NCBI GenBank assembly: GCA_963664225.1
Contig: OY760937.1
Span: forward strand, 4,800,001-4,864,000
Direction: 5' to 3'
Length of the DNA: 64,000 nucleotides
From: Verrucomicrobiia bacterium
GTDB taxonomy: Bacteria > Verrucomicrobiota > Verrucomicrobiia > Limisphaerales > UBA1319
This document shows, piece by piece, positions 37,851 to 46,972 of the stretch. Numbering within the stretch: position 1 is the stretch's first letter; every line of letters starts with the position of its first letter. The translations under genes and the position numbers were made by a program. The notes beneath the pieces are model-generated. The model was not told the DNA's origin. It saw only the letters and a list, made by a program, of their open reading frames with translations, and did not search any database.

Positions 37851-39431
37851 ATGGCCGACCTGAAACCAACCGCCGCGGCCGAGTGGCGTCCAAAGCATAA
37901 TCCATGGCTGATCGCCCTGGCGGTGATGCTGGCGCCGTTCATGGAAGTGCTGGACACTTCAGTCGCCAACGTCGCGCTGCCGCACATCGGCGGCAACCTT
38001 TCCGCCACGCCTGAGGAAGCCACATGGGTGCTGACGAGCTATCTGGTTTCCAATGCCATCATTCTGCCCATGACCGGCTGGCTGGGAAATTATTTTGGCC
38101 GTCGACGGTTGTTTTTGCTCTGTGTGGTGCTGTTCACCTTCGCATCGGTCCTTTGTGGGATGGCCACAAGCCTTGGATTCTTAATTGTGGCGCGCATCGT
38201 GCAGGGGTTGGGCGGCGGCGCGATGGTGCCGATCGCCCAGGCGATTTTGCTGGAGAGCTTTCCTGTGAACAAACGGGGCGCGGCCATGGCGGCGTTCAGC
38301 ATGGGCATTATTGTGGCGCCAATCCTCGGTCCCACACTCGGCGGCTGGATCACGGACAATTATTCCTGGCGCTGGATTTTCTACATCAACGTGCCTGTGG
38401 GAATCCTCGCGTTCCTCCTGGGAGAGGAACTCATCGAGGATCCGCCCTATATCGGGCGAAATCAGCGCGCGCGGGTCGATTTCGCCGGTTTTGCCCTGCT
38501 GGCCATCTGGCTGGGGACGCTTCAAATCATTCTGGACCAGGGCCAGGAAAAAGATTGGTTTGGGTCGGACTTGATTTGCTGGCTGACCGCCATCTCGGCA
38601 ATGGCGATGATCGTGTTTTTATTCTGGGAGTTCCGGGTCGAGCATCCGGTCGTGGATTTGCGCGTGCTGGGGAATCGCAATTTTTCGACGGGTCTGCTGC
38701 TGATTACGATGGTGGGCGTGGTGCTTTACGGCACCACCGCGGCGATCCCCATCTATTTGCAGACGCTTATGGGTTATACGGCGCTCGGCAGCGGTCTGAC
38801 ACTCAGCCCGCGCGGAATTGCCGCGTTCGTCACCACCATTGTGATGGGCCGGTTGGTCGGACGCGTGCGAAATCGCTACCTGCTCATCATCGGTTTCTTT
38901 CTGGTGGCCGTGTCGTCTTTCATGCTGGGAAATATTAACCTCTCGGCCGATATGGCTCACATAATCTGGCCCAGCGTGGTCAATGGCATCGGCATCAGCT
39001 TCATCTTTGTGCCGCTGACCACCTCGGCAGTCGCCTACATGCGACAGGACCAAATGGGCAATGCGACAGGACTTTACAATCTCATGCGCAACATCGGCGG
39101 CAGTCTCGGCATTGCGCTTGTCACGACGATGCTGGCGCGGCACTCGCAAATCCACCAGGCGATGATGGTCGTTCATACCACTCCCTATGACCCGGCATTC
39201 ATGCACCAATTCGCAGTCACTCAAGCCGGCCTGGCCTCGCACAGTGACCCTGTCGCCGCCACCATGCAATCCCGCCAGATTCTCTACGGGAAAGTCCTTC
39301 AACAAGCCAGCCTCTGGGCTTTTGTGGACAACTTCCGCTTGTTCGGTCTGTGCTGTCTCGCGTGCATCCCGGTGGTCTTCCGCTTCAAGAGAATCCCGCA
39401 CCATTCGAATGCGCCGGTTGACGCGCATTGA
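37851..39431 (+). CDS. emrB: DHA2 family MFS efflux permease
   Basis: MEVLDTSVANVALP, WVLTSYL, APILGPTLGG, WRWIFYINVP and RNIGGS. Confidence 0.93.
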   Translation: MADLKPTAAAEWRPKHNPWLIALAVMLAPFMEVLDTSVANVALPHIGGNLSATPEEATWVLTSYLVSNAIILPMTGWLGNYFGRRRLFLLCVVLFTFASVLCGMATSLGFLIVARIVQGLGGGAMVPIAQAILLESFPVNKRGAAMAAFSMGIIVAPILGPTLGGWITDNYSWRWIFYINVPVGILAFLLGEELIEDPPYIGRNQRARVDFAGFALLAIWLGTLQIILDQGQEKDWFGSDLICWLTAISAMAMIVFLFWEFRVEHPVVDLRVLGNRNFSTGLLLITMVGVVLYGTTAAIPIYLQTLMGYTALGSGLTLSPRGIAAFVTTIVMGRLVGRVRNRYLLIIGFFLVAVSSFMLGNINLSADMAHIIWPSVVNGIGISFIFVPLTTSAVAYMRQDQMGNATGLYNLMRNIGGSLGIALVTTMLARHSQIHQAMMVVHTTPYDPAFMHQFAVTQAGLASHSDPVAATMQSRQILYGKVLQQASLWAFVDNFRLFGLCCLACIPVVFRFKRIPHHSNAPVDAH

Positions 39432-39541
39432 TCAGTGCATGGCGACTGGCATCGGGATTCAATAACTTCCTGCAAGATAACCACTGAATAAGGCGGAAAT
39501 GGCCGCCAAAAGCGCTGTGCTGTCGGAGTGGCGACTAACGG

Positions 39542-42500
39542 TCAAGGGAAAAGCTCCATGAGCGCGTCCGCGAAGAGTTTCATGCCGCGTTGATCGGGGT
39601 GATTGATGGAATTAACCATGATCGTGTTGTAGGGGATCCCCTGGCGCCACAGACGACCGTAGCGCAGGGAGGCATCAGCAAGAGCGACATGGTGTTTGGC
39701 GGCGAATTCGCGCAGGCCCTTGACGTAGGGGCGCGGATCCTCGTCGCAGTCGCGTTCCCTCGTCAGACCCATCCAGTCAGGTCTCACATAATGCGGCGTG
39801 AGAACAATCCATTCCGCATTGATGGATTGAAAGTCGGCCAGCAGTTGGGCGTATCGTTGCTCGACCTGCTCCGGATTCATGCCGGCGTCATTGACAAACT
39901 CGGAGACGATCAGGTCGGGCTTTTGGGCGAGCACCTTTTCCTTGTAGTTGTGGACGCTGCCCGGCGGTTCTTGGAGGTAGCTCGACGTGTTGCGGCCGCC
40001 CCAGGCTTCAGTGATCAGCTCTATTTTGGCGTTTGGAAAACGGCTCTGCAATCGAGCGACGAACTGCTCCTGCCAGCGGCCTCGCACCACCTGGGCCAGA
40101 TAACTCCCATCGGTCACGCTATCGCCCCAGGCCAGAATGCGCACAGGACCGCCTTCGCGCAACTTGGCCGTTGTTTTCGGCAGAAGCGTTTCGGCGATGC
40201 TTGGGGATGGTTTTGGCGGCTCGGGATACGCCGTTTCAAGAATGGGAAATAGATGATCCGTAGTTAATCTTGAAATCATTCCCGGCAGGTACAGGTTGGC
40301 CAGCAACGTATCGCCCGTCTCGATTTTGGGCGGAAGCGGAGCCGACGCGCGCGGTTCGCCCTGTCGGATGACAATGCGCCCTTCGGATGCGAGCACCACG
40401 GAATCAATCCGCAACAAGCCGTGTCGATAAGAGGCAAATACCGGCTGAATCTCGCCGATCCGGCCTTGGGGGAGTCGGCCGATGGTGCCCCATGCAAGGT
40501 CAGCGTCATAATCTTTTCCAGATTCAAAAAGAGTGGAATCAGGTTCGGTTCCGGCACACAGCGTTAGGCTCGCAGGATCCAGCAGGCCCGGTGTGCTGCA
40601 TTCCTGGGCAAACACGCCGCGCAGGACAGCCCCCTTGCTCCAACCGCCCGCATTGGTATTGAATTGAGGCAGACGATCATAACGTTCGTTCTCAACAACT
40701 CGATACGCAGGCGTGGTGATCGCCACCGTGGCCACCATGTTGGAGCCTTTGAGTGAAGCCGGAACGGACACCTGCAGTTGCCAGTCGCCCGTGAGTTGAA
40801 GATCCACTCCAGCATTGGATTCATGCAGGGCAGGGGAGGCGATTGGCTTTAATAGAATTTGTTCGATTTCCACGTGAACGCCGCTTTGGTTTCCCGGGTC
40901 CAGTCGGAGCCGGGTGACGATGCCTGTCCAGCGTTGGTTATTCTTCACGGGCAATTCATAATCATGCCACTGGCCATCGACAAATATCGGAAAACGGAGG
41001 CTGCTGGCTTCGCTTTCGGGCCAGCGTTTGGTGCGCCAAAAAAGCTGGGCGGTATCGTTGGTGATCGCTCCAGAGACACTGCTCAACCGCATCCGCACGC
41101 AGACATGGGAGAATTCTCCGGCCCGCGCCTGAGTGGGAGGTCCAAAGAAAGCGGGATCGTTCCCAACGGTTACGGCCTTTAGTGAGCCGGAGTCCACCCG
41201 GACCTGGTCCAGATGCATCGTGTTCTTCCAGTCCGTGGAATCTTTCTCAAAGGTCCATTTGGTTTTAAACGATGTGTCAGACGCCAGATCATAAGGCCCC
41301 ATGCCAACATCCACCGGGGCCAGGTCCGCATGTTCGGCCGGGGCATCGGTAAAGACATCCCGGATGGCGTCCAGGTAGCCGAAACCGAATTCCTTGTGAG
41401 GTTCGATATAGGAGCCTTCGCCCCATTCATTCCAGGCCTCAATCAGGATCGACGGCAGGACGCGCGAGTTGGTGGAATTGGTTTCCAGAAAATTACGGGC
41501 GTCCTGAAGGTGTTGTTTGAACAACTCGGGGGATCGACCGTAACGAACCAGAGAGGAATCTCCGTGCCAGGGGCGACTATCCCAGCCACCGCTAAGGGGT
41601 AACAGGATCGGCAACGAATCTTCCTTCAGTAATTGGGACCAATGATCGTGATAGGCGGGAACGAGACTGGAATAGGGAGCCTTATTATCGGAGCCGGATA
41701 CCCCCAAGCCAGGCCAGTTGTATGCGGTCACGGCATCGTAATTCTCTCCTTCCACCTGGCGGGCATTGCCCACGCACGCGACGAGATAGAGTCCCGGCAG
41801 TCCGGCCTTGCGACACTCCTCGCGCATGACCTCAAAGGCCTTGTTGACCCCGGCGACACCCATGTCGTTTTTGTAGTTGTATGGGCTGAAGATGATCACG
41901 ACGGGTTTGCCATCGATGCGGTAATATTCGGGGCGCTGGAAATAATGGGTGATCCAAAATTGCGACACCGCCAGGGAATCTTCGACGGAATGCGTCTTGG
42001 GCGCGTTATGATTGGCCCAGAGCAGGCAGAAGTTGAGCAGGTTTTTATAACGGGCATTGAACAAACCTTTGTGCAGGCCGTGCTCGAGCTGGCGCGAACC
42101 CTGCGTCCAATACCAATCATAGGCGAAATAGGTGATGCCGTGTTCCACAGCCCATTTGATTTGCCAGTCGGCCACCTCCGGATTGCCCTCGCGATACCAG
42201 CCCAGCATCGGCTTGCGCTCGGGAAAACGCTCAATCGGCTGCCATTGGCTTCGGCTTTGCCACCCCGGGAAATAATAAGCGCCCACATCATATTTTCCGC
42301 GCACGGGTTTGGGCACTGGCACATAGTCGGCCTTTGGCAGATGCGGCAACGCCGCGAACGATATTACGGCTTGGTTGGTGACACTTTCGACATTGTCTGC
42401 CGATAAGATCAAGCTGGCCAATCCAGAACTCGGTTGTGAACATTCCACCGTCCAACTCAATGAAACCTCTTCGGAGTAGCCCAGACGCGTTGGCATCGCA

Positions 42501-43618
42501 TCCGGTTGGGGAGAGGCCGTGATATGGATGCCTTCCGGCGTTGCGAGGCTGGCTCGCAAGTGGGTGGCGGCCTCGCCTCCCGTGTTGGAAATCAAGGCCG
42601 TGATTTTTGCAGGGACGCCTGCACGCGGTGCCGCCTCGTCCAAGCCAAAGCTCAGAACCGAGAGTTGGGGCGGTCCTTGGGGCCCGGTGGCAACCGCGAG
42701 TGAGCGCACTGTTGTTAAGGCTCCAGGAGCATCCGAAGGTTGAAGTCCCAGTGCGAGAACCCGGCCTTTCCAGTCCGGTGCGGCCAGCATATCCAGATTG
42801 TAGGTGTGTTCCATTCCATCGGGGATAATGGGAAAATAATGCGCGTGCATGCCGGAGGTTTTGTCTGTCGCAAAAATCACCCGTGCTTGTTTTCCCTGTG
42901 TGGCGCTCATGCGGATGGAAACATAGGTTTTATCGACAGTCTCCACTTGCAAGGGCGGGCCCAGAAGAAAATCGTTCGATGACTCCGCCGTCACATTCAA
43001 ACCGCCGGGCGTGTTGGAGACAGCAACGGATCCGATGGCCATCCAATTCGCCATCCCCCCGGTGAAATCAAACACGGGTGTTTCTGCAGGAGTGGTGGCT
43101 GGCAGTTCTGCAATCCGAATGTATTGAATCGAGAATTGCGAGCTGCCGAACAAATCGAAACGCAACCGGATGATTTTTCCTTCTGTCTGCCAGAATGGGA
43201 AAAGCCGGTAGAGATGCCATTGGCCATCGCCAACGACCTGGAAATCCGTGCGCTTTTCACCTGTAAAACCGCCGTATTTTCCCTGGTTTGTATTGCTCCA
43301 GTAAAACTCGGCCATGCCGCTGTGATCTGCCTTCAGCCGCACTTCGATGATCTGCCGGGGCGATGCGGCGAATTCAAAGGGCGTTTGAAGTTCCAGGATC
43401 GGATCGTCTCCCGTGGTCCGGCAGGATAAGGCCCCATCCCGAACCGTGGCGTTTGTGGTATCTCCGTTGACGGCCCACCCCTTAAGGTTGTTTTCCTGGT
43501 CAAATGACCATTCGGCCAATGTCCGATTCACGGAATCACCGAATAGGCTGGTTCCGAATGCGAGACAAAGCGCGAGCAGCGACAGGATAAAAAAAGGATC
43601 ACGGAGACGGTATTTCAT
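39542..43618 (-). CDS. Secreted multidomain enzyme: repeated CBM-like modules, GH99-like (WbsX) domain and C-terminal SGNH esterase
   Basis: Signal peptide; AYYFPGW...YDWYW...WANH...IDGKPV...GWDSRPW...AWNEWGEGSYIEP; C-terminal WGDSVT...WGG...FVND...NHP. Confidence 0.85.
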   Translation of the reverse strand: MKYRLRDPFFILSLLALCLAFGTSLFGDSVNRTLAEWSFDQENNLKGWAVNGDTTNATVRDGALSCRTTGDDPILELQTPFEFAASPRQIIEVRLKADHSGMAEFYWSNTNQGKYGGFTGEKRTDFQVVGDGQWHLYRLFPFWQTEGKIIRLRFDLFGSSQFSIQYIRIAELPATTPAETPVFDFTGGMANWMAIGSVAVSNTPGGLNVTAESSNDFLLGPPLQVETVDKTYVSIRMSATQGKQARVIFATDKTSGMHAHYFPIIPDGMEHTYNLDMLAAPDWKGRVLALGLQPSDAPGALTTVRSLAVATGPQGPPQLSVLSFGLDEAAPRAGVPAKITALISNTGGEAATHLRASLATPEGIHITASPQPDAMPTRLGYSEEVSLSWTVECSQPSSGLASLILSADNVESVTNQAVISFAALPHLPKADYVPVPKPVRGKYDVGAYYFPGWQSRSQWQPIERFPERKPMLGWYREGNPEVADWQIKWAVEHGITYFAYDWYWTQGSRQLEHGLHKGLFNARYKNLLNFCLLWANHNAPKTHSVEDSLAVSQFWITHYFQRPEYYRIDGKPVVIIFSPYNYKNDMGVAGVNKAFEVMREECRKAGLPGLYLVACVGNARQVEGENYDAVTAYNWPGLGVSGSDNKAPYSSLVPAYHDHWSQLLKEDSLPILLPLSGGWDSRPWHGDSSLVRYGRSPELFKQHLQDARNFLETNSTNSRVLPSILIEAWNEWGEGSYIEPHKEFGFGYLDAIRDVFTDAPAEHADLAPVDVGMGPYDLASDTSFKTKWTFEKDSTDWKNTMHLDQVRVDSGSLKAVTVGNDPAFFGPPTQARAGEFSHVCVRMRLSSVSGAITNDTAQLFWRTKRWPESEASSLRFPIFVDGQWHDYELPVKNNQRWTGIVTRLRLDPGNQSGVHVEIEQILLKPIASPALHESNAGVDLQLTGDWQLQVSVPASLKGSNMVATVAITTPAYRVVENERYDRLPQFNTNAGGWSKGAVLRGVFAQECSTPGLLDPASLTLCAGTEPDSTLFESGKDYDADLAWGTIGRLPQGRIGEIQPVFASYRHGLLRIDSVVLASEGRIVIRQGEPRASAPLPPKIETGDTLLANLYLPGMISRLTTDHLFPILETAYPEPPKPSPSIAETLLPKTTAKLREGGPVRILAWGDSVTDGSYLAQVVRGRWQEQFVARLQSRFPNAKIELITEAWGGRNTSSYLQEPPGSVHNYKEKVLAQKPDLIVSEFVNDAGMNPEQVEQRYAQLLADFQSINAEWIVLTPHYVRPDWMGLTRERDCDEDPRPYVKGLREFAAKHHVALADASLRYGRLWRQGIPYNTIMVNSINHPDQRGMKLFADALMELFP

Positions 43619-43909
43619 AGTGGTTCAAAATGGGAAAAGCCTTCAAATATTCATGAAAGGAAATGCGAATGACATCTCCTGCGTTGTTCAGATTTCATGG
43701 ATCGAATTTCTGCAAAAAATGTTATGAACGCAAATCAAATAGCGCCTATCCAGGCGGAATAAAAGAAGCCGTTAAGGGTGTTTGCCGAAATGAAACGGGC
43801 CTCACTCCAGCAGCAAAAAGTGTCCCCAAGTGAGCTGGGTTTTGGGATTGACGGGGGCGGCCAATAAATTACACCTTGTCCGCATTAAATCCAAAGCAAC
43901 GATGTTTTT

Positions 43910-45235
43910 ATGAATACCCGCTTATTTCCAGCGTTTTGTGTCAGCGCCGCTTCTTTAATCGCCCTGTGGACAACGGTGTTTGCGGCGGACGATGCCTTGG
44001 AAGTCAAACCCGGGGACGCTTTCTTTGCAAAATATGAGCCGGTCAAAGCGCCGGAACCTTCCGGCCTGATGCTCAAGCGTGGAGATCGCCTTGCCATTTG
44101 CGGAGATTCGATCACCGAGCAAAAGATGTATTCGCGGATCATGGAGACCTATTTAACGGTTGCCACGCCCGAACTGGGGATCACGGTCCGTCAATATGGC
44201 TGGAGCGGGGAGACGACGCCGGGCTTTTTGGGGCGCATGAGCAATGACTGCCTGCAATTCCATCCCAATGTGGCCACCACCTGCTACGGAATGAATGATC
44301 ACGGGTATCGGGCCTACGAGGAGGAAATTGGAAAGCGCTATCGCGATTCCACAGAATCGATGGTCCATGCCTTTAAGGATGCGGGCGTCCGCGTCATCAT
44401 CGGCTCGCCGGGGTGCATTGGGAAAAAACCCACATGGACCCAGGCCACCGACGCCACGATTTCGGATATGAATCAAAGTTTGTGCATGCTGCGCAACATC
44501 GATATTGAGATCGCCCGAAATGAGAAAGTGGGATTCGCCGATGTGTTCTGGCCCATGCTGACCAGTGGATTTACGGCGCAACAAAAATTCGGACCCGACT
44601 ACGGCATTGCCGGCAAGGATGGCGTGCATCCAGGTTGGGCTGGTCATCTGGTGATGGCGTATGCGTATTTGCATGCCATGGCGCTACCGGGCGAAATTGG
44701 CACCTATGTCGTGGACCTCAAGGCCAACGAGGCGGGAGTGTCTCTGGGGCACACCATGGATTCTTTCAAGGACGGCGTTCTGACGATTACCAGCCGAAAG
44801 TATCCCTTCTGCGCTCCGGCAGCGGAGCTTTCCAGGGACGACGCGTTGCGCTCGGGCATGGCCCTGGTGCCCTTTAATGAGGAGCTTAATCGCCTGATGT
44901 TGATTGTGAAAAACGGGACTGCGGACAAGTACCGGGTTACGTGGGGCGCCGAGAGCCGCGATTACTCAGCGGACCAATTGACCAAAGGCATCAACCTTGC
45001 CGAGGATTTTGCGAACAACCCTTTCAGTGAGGCGTTCAAGAAAGTGGATGAGACCGTGGCGGCCAAGCAGAATTATGAGACACGCCAGATCAAGGATTTA
45101 TTCCACGGTCCTGAGGGCCAGGCGGATTTGGCGGCGACCGTGGCATTAACGGAGGAAACACGCGCCCCGTTGGCGGAAGCCGTCCGCAAGGCGTTCGTTC
45201 CCGTGACCCATACGATCAAAATCGAAGCTCAATAA
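43910..45235 (+). CDS. Secreted SGNH/GDSL hydrolase
   Basis: Signal peptide; CGDSITEQ, GWSGE, YGMND and DGVHP. Confidence 0.9.
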   Translation: MNTRLFPAFCVSAASLIALWTTVFAADDALEVKPGDAFFAKYEPVKAPEPSGLMLKRGDRLAICGDSITEQKMYSRIMETYLTVATPELGITVRQYGWSGETTPGFLGRMSNDCLQFHPNVATTCYGMNDHGYRAYEEEIGKRYRDSTESMVHAFKDAGVRVIIGSPGCIGKKPTWTQATDATISDMNQSLCMLRNIDIEIARNEKVGFADVFWPMLTSGFTAQQKFGPDYGIAGKDGVHPGWAGHLVMAYAYLHAMALPGEIGTYVVDLKANEAGVSLGHTMDSFKDGVLTITSRKYPFCAPAAELSRDDALRSGMALVPFNEELNRLMLIVKNGTADKYRVTWGAESRDYSADQLTKGINLAEDFANNPFSEAFKKVDETVAAKQNYETRQIKDLFHGPEGQADLAATVALTEETRAPLAEAVRKAFVPVTHTIKIEAQ

Positions 45236-45351
45236 TAGTTTTTCGACTCAAGAAAGTTGGAGTAATCTGCAGGGGATACCGCTCGCAGGATATTCCGGCC
45301 GTTTCTTGAGACTTGGAGTCCCCGAAAAACGGACTTTTATTCCCGTGCATT

Positions 45352-45369
45352 AAAGCCCCGAGGCTTTTT
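45352..45369 (+). terminator. Possible short intrinsic terminator
   Basis: AAAGCC-CCGA-GGCTTT plus TT; weak stem. Confidence 0.4.
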
Positions 45370-45548
45370 GTGTCTGGAATTTTCCATTTGCGGTTTTCTC
45401 ATTTCGGCCTGAATAATGAGGCACAATGGAATCTGGCCGTTGAGCCAGCCTTTGGTTGACCCGCTGGCATGCGATGGAATGACTCCTGGAATATGCAGGG
45501 GGCGAATGAACCGCATCGCCACATTGCGGGAATGATTGAATTTGCCTG

Positions 45549-46172
45549 ATGACAAGTACGATACAAATCGATGGAGCCGCTTCGCACATTAGGGAGCAGA
45601 CCCCGGTGCGTCATGATTTGGAGGCGATCCTGACGTTGATTCCGTCGGGTTCGCGCGCTTTGGATCTGGGTTGCGGCGAGGGATTTTTACTTGAGCAATT
45701 GGTGCGCCAAAAGCAGGTGCAAGCCCGCGGCGTGGAACTGAGTGAAGACAACGTGCGCGCCTGCATCGGCAGGGGCCTTTCCGTGCGCCAGGGCAACATT
45801 GATGAAGGCCTTGCCGACTACTCCAATGCCGCGTTTGATTTTGTGATCCTGAGCCAGACGCTGGCGTTTTTGGATCATCCAAGGACGGTCGTTCAAGAAA
45901 TGTTGCGCGTGGGCCAGCGGGTGATTATTTCTTTTGAGAACGCCGGGTATTGGCGGTTGCGCTGGCGGTCCCTGACAGGCCGCGGTTCGGGATCTATTCT
46001 GAACAGCGGGGAATCCCGCGCCCGCGCGATCACGATTCCTCAATTTCTCGATTTTGCCAACTCCATCGGCACGCAGGTCGATGCCTCCATTTTCTTAAGG
46101 CATAAACGCATGATTGGCATGCTCCCGACCTTTCGCGCGGAAGTGGCCGTGTTCGTGCTCAAAGGCCGTTAA
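45549..46172 (+). CDS. metW: MetW-family SAM-dependent methyltransferase-like protein
   Basis: RHDL..I..LI..GSRALDLGCGEG, GVEL, GLSVRQGNIDEGLADY, FDFVILSQTL and EMLRVG. Confidence 0.8.
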   Translation: MTSTIQIDGAASHIREQTPVRHDLEAILTLIPSGSRALDLGCGEGFLLEQLVRQKQVQARGVELSEDNVRACIGRGLSVRQGNIDEGLADYSNAAFDFVILSQTLAFLDHPRTVVQEMLRVGQRVIISFENAGYWRLRWRSLTGRGSGSILNSGESRARAITIPQFLDFANSIGTQVDASIFLRHKRMIGMLPTFRAEVAVFVLKGR

Positions 46173-46250
46173 CGGCCCGTTTCAGGCGTATCAGGGTGAA
46201 CGCAGGGCGTGTGCATTTGAAAGAAACTCAAATCTTTTGAAAAGCGAGCC

Positions 46251-46871
46251 ATGAACAAGACGATCCTGGGATCAACGGTTGCGTCGGCCTTCACCGGCTG
46301 GGGCATTTTTTGGAAGTCATGGTTATTGTTCGCCGGATCCTTTGTGGGGGCGGTTTATATCCACGAGATTGGCCACTGTATTTTTGCGTGGTTGCAGGGA
46401 TGTCCGGCAATTCCCACTCCGGCCAAGGAGTATTTTCTTAGACCCCCGCCACCCGGCTCTCAGAACCTGATTTCGCTGGGCGGTATCATCGGTTCGGTGG
46501 TCGTTCTGATTGGGGCAATGTGCTGGCTGTTATTCAAGCCCGACGCAACCCGGTCCGCGTTGCTCGCGGGCGCAATGACAATACCTGGTTTTTACACTTT
46601 GCGGTTTCTGCTGGCGGGACGGGGGCATGATGCCACCGAATTTCAGGAAGCACAGTCGGCGGTCGGCCTCAGCTATTCTGGCCACACCTTGGATTGGTTT
46701 TTTCTGGTGTTTTTTGTCGCGGCTGGGGTGTTTTGGTTCTGGCGAATCCACCCACGCATTTCAATTCGACTTTTCGGGCGTCTAATCCTTGGTGCTGTTG
46801 TGGCACTGGTCCTGGTGGTTGTGTTGCAGTCCGCAAATAATGCCATATTCGATCCGATCTTTGGACGTTGA
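46251..46871 (+). CDS. Membrane protein with HExxH motif (M50-like peptidase candidate)
   Basis: Several TM segments; YIHEIGH after the first TM; ISLGG; GHD. Confidence 0.6.
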   Translation: MNKTILGSTVASAFTGWGIFWKSWLLFAGSFVGAVYIHEIGHCIFAWLQGCPAIPTPAKEYFLRPPPPGSQNLISLGGIIGSVVVLIGAMCWLLFKPDATRSALLAGAMTIPGFYTLRFLLAGRGHDATEFQEAQSAVGLSYSGHTLDWFFLVFFVAAGVFWFWRIHPRISIRLFGRLILGAVVALVLVVVLQSANNAIFDPIFGR

Positions 46872-46910
46872 ACAAAAAGCGGGCGGACTTTCAAGACACC
46901 GGAAGAAACA

Positions 46911-46946
46911 AAAAAAGAACCACGCAGCCAGTGCGTGGTTCTTTTT
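46911..46946. terminator. Bidirectional intrinsic terminator
   Basis: AAAAAGAACCACGCA-GCCAG-TGCGTGGTTCTTTTT perfect inverted repeat between convergent genes. Confidence 0.88.
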
Positions 46947-46972
46947 GAATCAATAAAGGCAATGTGCCGTTA

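Noticed and set aside
45370..45548. SAM riboswitch before metW
   Set aside because: SAM-I, SAM-II and SAM-IV core motifs were not found by eye.
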